A stretch of DNA of 64,000 nt. Origin: Alphaproteobacteria bacterium (GTDB lineage: Bacteria > Pseudomonadota > Alphaproteobacteria > UBA2966). The stretch spans positions 1,312,001 through 1,376,000 of the forward strand of contig OZ219856.1 in assembly GCA_964291395.2 (NCBI GenBank), in the 5' to 3' direction. The first letter of the stretch is position 1. Each line of letters starts with the position of its first letter. The notes under the pieces are model-generated. The model saw only the letters and a program-made list of their open reading frames with translations. It was not told the origin of the DNA and did not search any database. Positions 57,720 to 64,000 of the stretch are shown here, piece by piece. A program made the position numbers and the translations under genes.

Positions 57720-59009
57720 TTACAAAATTGCGAATTTCACGCCGAACGCCAGCGCGATGACCATAACGGCGGGGGATGCCTCACTCGTCCGTCCACTCAG
57801 GATTTTTATTGCCGCATATGTGATGAAGCCGAAACCGATCCCCGTGGCGATGGAGAATGTAAACGGCATGGCGAACGCGGTCACCACGGCGGGTGCATAC
57901 TCTGTCACGTCATCCCAATCGATTTCGGCAAGCCCCCTGGCCATGATGCACGCGACAAACAGCAAGGCCGGTGCTGTTGCATATGAGGGAATCGTAGTGG
58001 CCAGCGGCGATAGAACGATCGCTGCCACGAACAGGATCGCCACGGTGACGGCCGTCAGGCCCGTGCGCCCGCCAGCGTTCACGCCGGCAGCACTTTCTAT
58101 GTAGCTTGTCGTCGTCGATGTCCCGATCGCCGCGCCCGCCATCGTGGCGACGGAATCAGCAATCAGCGCCTTGCGAATCCGGGGAAGCCGTCCCTGCTCG
58201 TCAAGCAAACCAGCGCGGTGTGCGATGCCGATTAACGTTCCCGCGGTATCGAATAGATCGACGAATAGGAACGCGAAAACGATTGTTACCAGACCGATCT
58301 GAAAGGCCCCAGCGAGATCGAGTTGCAGTAACGTCGGTGCCATGGACGGGGGCGACGCGACAACGCCGTTGAACGGCGAGACGCCAAGAGCGATCCCTAC
58401 CGCCGCAGCCAGGATGATCCCGATGATGATCGCTCCGGGCACCTTTTTGAAATTGAGCACGATGATGACGATGAAGCCGACCGTTGCGAGGAGGGCCGGT
58501 GCCGATGTCATGTCCCCGACGGTGACCAGCGTAGCCTGGTGGTCTTGAACGATACCCGCGTTCTTGAGCGCGATGATCGCGAGGAACATTCCGATTCCCG
58601 CGGATACGGCGAGCTTCAAGGATTTCGGCACCGCGTTGATGATCCACTCTCGCGTGCGGAAGACGCTCAACAGCAGGAACAGGACGCCCGAGATGAATAC
58701 CGCGCCGAGTGCGACCTGCCACGAAAATCCCATGCCCAGCACAACGCCGTACGTGAAGTAGGCGTTGAGGCCCATGCCGGGCGCGAGAGCTATGGGATAG
58801 TTGGCGTAGAGACCCATGATCAGCGTGCCGATCGCCGCCGCGAAGCAAGTCGCCATGAACACGGCATCTCGGTCCATACCGGCGTCGGTGAGGATCAATG
58901 GGTTCACGAATATGATGTAAGCCATGGTGAGAAACGTCGTGATGCCGGCAAGAACTTCGGTCCGTACCGTCACACCGTTCTCGGAAAGCTTGAAGTATGA
59001 GTCGAGCAT
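57720..59009 (-). CDS. NCS2/AzgA-family purine permease
   Basis: EVLAGITTFLTMAYII, APGMGLNAYF, DLFDTAGT, YIESAAGV, GRTGLT. Confidence 0.93.
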   Translation of the reverse strand: MLDSYFKLSENGVTVRTEVLAGITTFLTMAYIIFVNPLILTDAGMDRDAVFMATCFAAAIGTLIMGLYANYPIALAPGMGLNAYFTYGVVLGMGFSWQVALGAVFISGVLFLLLSVFRTREWIINAVPKSLKLAVSAGIGMFLAIIALKNAGIVQDHQATLVTVGDMTSAPALLATVGFIVIIVLNFKKVPGAIIIGIILAAAVGIALGVSPFNGVVASPPSMAPTLLQLDLAGAFQIGLVTIVFAFLFVDLFDTAGTLIGIAHRAGLLDEQGRLPRIRKALIADSVATMAGAAIGTSTTTSYIESAAGVNAGGRTGLTAVTVAILFVAAIVLSPLATTIPSYATAPALLFVACIMARGLAEIDWDDVTEYAPAVVTAFAMPFTFSIATGIGFGFITYAAIKILSGRTSEASPAVMVIALAFGVKFAIL

Positions 59010-59360
59010 CCGTCTCCCCAACAGTTCTCTGCAACAGCGTCATGTCCCGCCGTTGACCCTGGTCCGTTTTCAATCGAAGCTTCTGTAGCGGGGCCACGCA
59101 GCGGTCGGGGAGACCGGCGCATAAACTATCGCTCAAAAGTCGTCTCCATCACAAGCCTGGCAAGGTGGAGATCAGGTCACTGAACAGGAAAAGCACGCTA
59201 AGCGAATCAATCCGCTGTGGTCCCATAGGCCTAGCATTGCCTTCATAGGACCCTTTGCCTACATTCGGCACGAGTTTGGGAATCACGGCGAAAATCGCTT
59301 GGCACCAGTAGGTTAGAAACAGCGGCGCGCATCTGGGTGAGCGCGCGAACGGGTGAGACG

Positions 59361-60680
59361 ATGCGCTTGTCATGCTACTTCATGCCGACACTGCGGGAGA
59401 ATCCATCTGAAGCGCAGATCGTTTCTCACCGCCTGATGTTGCGTGCCGGCATGATTCGACAGTCGAGCGCCGGAATCTATTCGTGGTTGCCGTTGGGGTT
59501 TCGAGTTCTCAAGAAGATCGAACAGATCGTTCGCGAAGAACAGGATGCCGCCGGATGTCAGGAGTTGCTGATGCCGACGATACAACCCGCGGATCTATGG
59601 CGCGAAAGCGGCCGGTACGACGACTACGGCAAAGAGATGCTGCGGATCACGGACCGGCATGATCGCGACATGCTTTTCGGTCCCACCAACGAAGAGCTCA
59701 TCACGGACATATTTCGGAACTCCGTGAAGAGCTATCGGGATCTGCCACAGCTGCTCTACCACATTCAATGGAAATTCCGAGACGAGGTCCGTCCACGGTT
59801 CGGCATCATGCGTGGCCGAGAATTCTTGATGAAGGATTCGTACTCGTTCGACCTCGACTATGAAGGTGCTCGTCGTTCCTATAACAAGATGTTCGTCGCT
59901 TATCTCAGGACCTTCGCGCGGATGGGTCTCAAGGCTATTCCGATGGCGGCAGACACTGGCCCGATCGGAGGCGACTTGAGTCACGAATTTATCATTTTGG
60001 CGGAAACGGGCGAGAGCGAAGTATTTTGCCATGCTGATTATCTAGGGTTCGATCCGTCCGCTAGGGGCGTTGACTATGACGACGATTTGCAGCCAGTCGT
60101 GGACGAATGGACCCGCCTGTATGCCGCGACCGACGAAAAACACGATGCCGATGGATTCGCGAGTCGGGTGCCGAGCGACAAAGCCCTCCACACGCGTGGG
60201 ATCGAAGTGGGGCACATCTTTTACTTCGGGACGAAGTATTCCAAAGCCATGGGTGCAACGGTTCAGCACGCCGATGGTTCGGAAATGCCGGTAGAAATGG
60301 GATCGTACGGGATAGGAGTCTCACGCTTGGTTGGTGCGATCATCGAGGCCAGCCACGATGAGGCAGGTATCATCTGGCCGGAGTCCGTCGCGCCATTCCG
60401 CGTCGGTCTGATCAATCTGAAAGTCGATGACTCGGCGACGACGGAGGCCTGTGAGCAATTGTATTCCGAACTGTCATCATCCGGCGTCGATGTCCTCTAC
60501 GATGATACGCATGAGCGGGCCGGCGTGAAGTTCGCGACCAGTGAACTGATTGGGACGCCGTGGCAGCTTGTCGTCGGGCCGCGCGGCGTCGCGTCGGGGG
60601 TCGTTGAAATGAAATCGCGTACGGGCAACGTCGATGAGGAAATGCCGATCGAATCCGTGACCTCGCGTTTCACCGGCTGA
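59361..60680 (+). CDS. proS: Prolyl-tRNA synthetase (short form without INS editing domain)
   Basis: [39 protein letters not shown]. Confidence 0.96.
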   Translation: MRLSCYFMPTLRENPSEAQIVSHRLMLRAGMIRQSSAGIYSWLPLGFRVLKKIEQIVREEQDAAGCQELLMPTIQPADLWRESGRYDDYGKEMLRITDRHDRDMLFGPTNEELITDIFRNSVKSYRDLPQLLYHIQWKFRDEVRPRFGIMRGREFLMKDSYSFDLDYEGARRSYNKMFVAYLRTFARMGLKAIPMAADTGPIGGDLSHEFIILAETGESEVFCHADYLGFDPSARGVDYDDDLQPVVDEWTRLYAATDEKHDADGFASRVPSDKALHTRGIEVGHIFYFGTKYSKAMGATVQHADGSEMPVEMGSYGIGVSRLVGAIIEASHDEAGIIWPESVAPFRVGLINLKVDDSATTEACEQLYSELSSSGVDVLYDDTHERAGVKFATSELIGTPWQLVVGPRGVASGVVEMKSRTGNVDEEMPIESVTSRFTG

Positions 60681-60687
60681 CTGAGAC

Positions 60688-61932
60688 ATGCCTTCCCGCC
60701 TGGAATGGATGATCGCCGCGCGTTACCTGCGGCCGCGGCGACAAGAGGGATTCATTTCCGTCATCGCAGGGTTTTCGCTGATCGGAATCGCTCTCGGCGT
60801 CGCCACGCTCATCGTCGTGATGGCGGTCATGAACGGGTTTCGCGCTGAATTGCTTGGGCGGATCCTGGGCTTGAACGGCCATTTGATCGTTCAACAGACT
60901 GCTGATCCCAAACAGCCATTCGACGCGCTGTCGCGCACGCTGACGGAAGTACGGGGCGTTAGTCGAGCTATACCCATCGTTGAGGGTCAGGCGATGGCAA
61001 TGGCGAACGGTGTCGCAAGCGGCGCCCTCGTCCGGGGCATTCGTCCCGACGACCTCCGCAGCCAACCCATCATCGCCGATAAGATTCTAGGAGGTTCCCT
61101 TGCGGAGTTCGAAGGCAAGGACGCTGTGGTAGTCGGTCGGCGGCTCGCACGCAAGCTGGGGCTCGTGATCGGTGACACGATCACCCTCGTCGCGCCGCAG
61201 GGAAATTTCAGCCCGTTGGGAACCCTACCGAGAATGCGCGGTTATCGAGTTGTGGGAACGTTCAATGTCGGAATGTATGAATACGACTCGACCTTCGTCT
61301 ACGTTCCATTGGAGGCGGCGCAGGTGTTCTTCCGCTTGGGGAGCGACGTTTCGGCGATCGAGGTCATGCTGGAGGACCCTGAAGAACTGGCGTTGGCGCG
61401 CCAGAGAGTCTCTGAAGCGGTTTCACACCCCATTCGGATATTCGATTGGCAACAGGCCAACTCCCATTTCTTCACGGCGTTGCAGGTCGAACGGAATGTG
61501 ATGTTTCTCATTCTGACGCTCATCATCCTGGTCGCTGCCTTCAACATCGTTTCAAGTCTCATCATGCTCGTGAAGGACAAGGGTAGCGACATCGCGATCC
61601 TGCGAACGATGGGCGCGAGTCAATTCTCCGTCATGCGTATTTTCTTTTTCAGTGGGACGAGTATCGGTGTGTTGGGAACGCTGATTGGGTTCGTGTTGGG
61701 AATCTCGTTCGCAAGTAATATCGACATCATTCGAGTTTGGCTTGAAGGTCTGACGGGCACCGAACTGTGGGCAGCGGAAATAAGGTTTTTGTCCCGCCTG
61801 CCCGCGAAGATCGATACCGCCGAAGTCGTCATGGTCGTCGCCATGGGATTGGTCTTGTCCATGCTCGCGACCATCTATCCGGCTTGGCGGGCGTCGCGTC
61901 TCGATCCCGTCGACGCCTTGCGGTATGAGTGA
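60688..61932 (+). CDS. lolE: Lipoprotein-releasing ABC transporter permease (LolC/E family)
   Basis: GIALGVATLIVVMAVMNGF, VAAFNI, IAILRTMGA, PVDALRYE. Confidence 0.9.
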   Translation: MPSRLEWMIAARYLRPRRQEGFISVIAGFSLIGIALGVATLIVVMAVMNGFRAELLGRILGLNGHLIVQQTADPKQPFDALSRTLTEVRGVSRAIPIVEGQAMAMANGVASGALVRGIRPDDLRSQPIIADKILGGSLAEFEGKDAVVVGRRLARKLGLVIGDTITLVAPQGNFSPLGTLPRMRGYRVVGTFNVGMYEYDSTFVYVPLEAAQVFFRLGSDVSAIEVMLEDPEELALARQRVSEAVSHPIRIFDWQQANSHFFTALQVERNVMFLILTLIILVAAFNIVSSLIMLVKDKGSDIAILRTMGASQFSVMRIFFFSGTSIGVLGTLIGFVLGISFASNIDIIRVWLEGLTGTELWAAEIRFLSRLPAKIDTAEVVMVVAMGLVLSMLATIYPAWRASRLDPVDALRYE

Positions 61933-62611
61933 CGCCGAGCCAGTCCTCAAACTTCACTCTGTCGGCAAGTCATTCCGACAGGGTGGCGTCGTGCTCAACG
62001 TCTTGCGGCAGATCGATCTCGACATCAAACCAAGTGAAACTGTTGCCCTGCTCGGACCGTCGGGAGCAGGGAAATCTACACTCCTGCATATCGCGGCCCT
62101 GCTGGAGAAGCCGGACGCGGGAATCATCGAGATCTGTGGCGTGGGTTGTTCCGGCATGAACGATCGCGCTCGAACCGAGACGCGGCGTGATAGATTGGGC
62201 ATGGTTTACCAGTTCCATCACCTGATGCCCGAATTCACCGCGCTTGAGAACGTGATGATTCCCATGCTGATCGCGGGACGCGAACGAAGTGCGGCGCGAC
62301 ACCGGGCAAAAGATCTGTTGGAAGGCTTCGGTTTGGGGCAGCGGTTGGAGCACCGGCCTGCGCGGTTGTCTGGTGGCGAACAACAGCGGGTCGCGATCGC
62401 GCGGGCGATCGCGAATGAGCCAGTTATCTTGCTCGCGGATGAGCCGACGGGGAATCTCGATCAACAGACTGCCGAATCCGTATTCGGGGGCCTCGTTGCG
62501 CTAGTGCGCGAGCGCAATGTCGCCACGCTTATTGCCACGCATAATCCGGGCATGGCTCAACGAATGGATCGTATAGTGGAACTACAAGATGGGGTATTAC
62601 TCCCAGTCTAA
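61925..62611 (+). CDS. lolD: Lipoprotein-releasing ABC transporter ATPase
   Basis: GPSGAGKST, YQFHHL, LSGGEQQRVAIARA, LADEPTGNLD. Confidence 0.93.
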   Translation: MSDAEPVLKLHSVGKSFRQGGVVLNVLRQIDLDIKPSETVALLGPSGAGKSTLLHIAALLEKPDAGIIEICGVGCSGMNDRARTETRRDRLGMVYQFHHLMPEFTALENVMIPMLIAGRERSAARHRAKDLLEGFGLGQRLEHRPARLSGGEQQRVAIARAIANEPVILLADEPTGNLDQQTAESVFGGLVALVRERNVATLIATHNPGMAQRMDRIVELQDGVLLPV

Positions 62612-62629
62612 TCCACAATATTTACTCTA

Positions 62630-62644
62630 GTTCACATTTCGTTC
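62630..62644. promoter_or_regulatory. Alphaproteobacterial LexA (SOS) box upstream of dnaE
   Basis: GTTC-ACATTTC-GTTC, an exact GTTC-N7-GTTC match, 58 nt before the dnaE ATG. Confidence 0.7.
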
Positions 62645-62702
62645 TTCTTATCCCATTTAGTTGGGTATGGGATGATGTTATGTCCAACATGGCGTGAGGA
62701 TC

Positions 62703-64000
62703 ATGGCGCACGCGGATTTCGTTCATTTGAGGGTGCACACGGCGTACTCGTTGTCTGAGGGCGCCATCACCATAGGTGAACTCGTTGATCTCTGTGCGCG
62801 TCACGACATGCCGGCCGTGGCGATCACCGATTCCGGGAATCTGTTCGGGGCGCTTGAATTCTCCATGACCTGCGCCGAGGCAGGGATCCAGCCGATCATC
62901 GGGACGGTGTTGGGTGTTTCGTCGTTCACCAAGGCGGAACGCAAACATAGTCAATCCGAAGTCGATTCACTAATTCTGCTCGTGCAGCACGAGGCGGGCT
63001 ATCGGAATCTCCTCAAGCTATCGAGCCAAGCGTATCTCGCGACGGAGGACGGCAGCGTACCGTATGTCACATATGCAGAGTTGAGAGACTGTGCTGACGG
63101 ATTGATTGCCTTGACCGGCGGGCTTCTCGGTCCCGTCGATAAACTGCTCGCCGCCCATCAGCGTCCGGCCGCTGAGGCCAACTTACGGGCCCTGGCAAAT
63201 ATGTTTCCGGGACGCCTGTACGTTGAACTGCAGCGCCACGGACTTCCTGAGGAGAGTCGGGTCGAAGCGGCTCTGGTCGATCTTGCTTATGAGTTCAAGC
63301 TTCCACTCGTGGCGACCAACGATGCGTACTACGCCGATGAGTCGATGCAGGAAGCGCACGACGCGCTGATCTGCATTTCCGATGGCACGTATCTCAGCCA
63401 GGCGGACCGACGTCGGTTTACGTCGGAGCACCGTTTCAAGTCCGCTCAGGAGATGCGGGACCTCTTTCGAGATCTTCCTGAAGCCGTGGACAACACTTTG
63501 ATCGTTGCCCGGCGATGTTCGTTCCGACCATTGGCGCATGAGCCGATTTTCCCAGCGTATGTATCTGGCCGGGGCCTGGATGCGGCGACGGAAATTCGGC
63601 AACAGGCAGAAGCGGGTCTGAAACGACGCCTCGAACGAATTGTCTTTCCGCTCGCCGATGAGAATGCCGATCGAGAATCAATAGCAGCGCCATACCGCGA
63701 GCGCCTTGAGTACGAGTTGTCCGTGATCATCGACATGGGCTTCGCCGGATACTTCCTCATCGTCGCCGATTTCATCGGTTTCGCGCGGAAGTCCGGAATT
63801 CCGGTCGGTCCAGGACGGGGGTCCGGAGCCGGCTCGGTCGCGGCATGGTCGTTGGGTATCACGGACATCGATCCCCTGAGATTTGGCCTCCTGTTCGAGC
63901 GGTTCCTGAACCCGGGCCGAATCTCGATGCCGGACTTCGACGTCGATTTCTGTCAGGAGGGTCGCGACGAAGTCTTGCGCTACGTCGAAGAAAAGTACGG
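62703..64000 (+). CDS. dnaE: DNA polymerase III alpha subunit (partial, runs off the window)
   Basis: Manual translation: [68 protein letters not shown]. Confidence 0.96.
   Translation, partial: MAHADFVHLRVHTAYSLSEGAITIGELVDLCARHDMPAVAITDSGNLFGALEFSMTCAEAGIQPIIGTVLGVSSFTKAERKHSQSEVDSLILLVQHEAGYRNLLKLSSQAYLATEDGSVPYVTYAELRDCADGLIALTGGLLGPVDKLLAAHQRPAAEANLRALANMFPGRLYVELQRHGLPEESRVEAALVDLAYEFKLPLVATNDAYYADESMQEAHDALICISDGTYLSQADRRRFTSEHRFKSAQEMRDLFRDLPEAVDNTLIVARRCSFRPLAHEPIFPAYVSGRGLDAATEIRQQAEAGLKRRLERIVFPLADENADRESIAAPYRERLEYELSVIIDMGFAGYFLIVADFIGFARKSGIPVGPGRGSGAGSVAAWSLGITDIDPLRFGLLFERFLNPGRISMPDFDVDFCQEGRDEVLRYVEEKY

Noticed and set aside
59361-60680. ProRS lacking the INS editing domain
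   Set aside because: This is the normal short form in many Alphaproteobacteria.

Overview
GC-rich alphaproteobacterial chromosome segment. It is probably Rhodospirillales-like: tRNA-His has the canonical G-1:C73 pair, and the core gene order is typical of Alphaproteobacteria. The window has two parts. (1) About 1-30.5 kb is accessory catabolic/transport DNA: two amidases, an FGE-like protein, two divergent class I aminotransferases, tRNA-His, an MMPL/RND transporter, an SMR transporter, an isochorismatase-family hydrolase, a Tag-like glycosylase, a Rieske oxygenase/PDR reductase pair, TauD, PcaD, three tandem DHA2 MFS exporters, a deacetylase/carbamoylase/dipeptidase/AKR block, an ACP-adenylation-PlsC fusion, DadA and a methyltransferase. 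(2) About 30.6-64 kb is conserved core: nnr, tRNA-Leu, tig, clpP, clpX, lon, HU, tRNA-Val, tRNA-Asp, nuoA-N, birA, coaX, rnj, mce, DUF1467, an NCS2 permease, proS, lolE, lolD and partial dnaE. The most unusual signals are these: a degenerate tandem copy of tRNA-His with a compensatorily rebuilt 8-bp acceptor stem, inside an alternatively pairing ~230-nt region; a 65-aa in-frame N-terminus plus C-terminus remnant of a Rieske oxygenase next to an IS relic; a switch-like leader in front of the SMR gene; a template-switch-type duplication in an amidase; and LexA/DnaA-like boxes before dnaE. I saw no CRISPR array, rRNA or intact mobile element. All calls come from motif recognition by eye, not from database searches.
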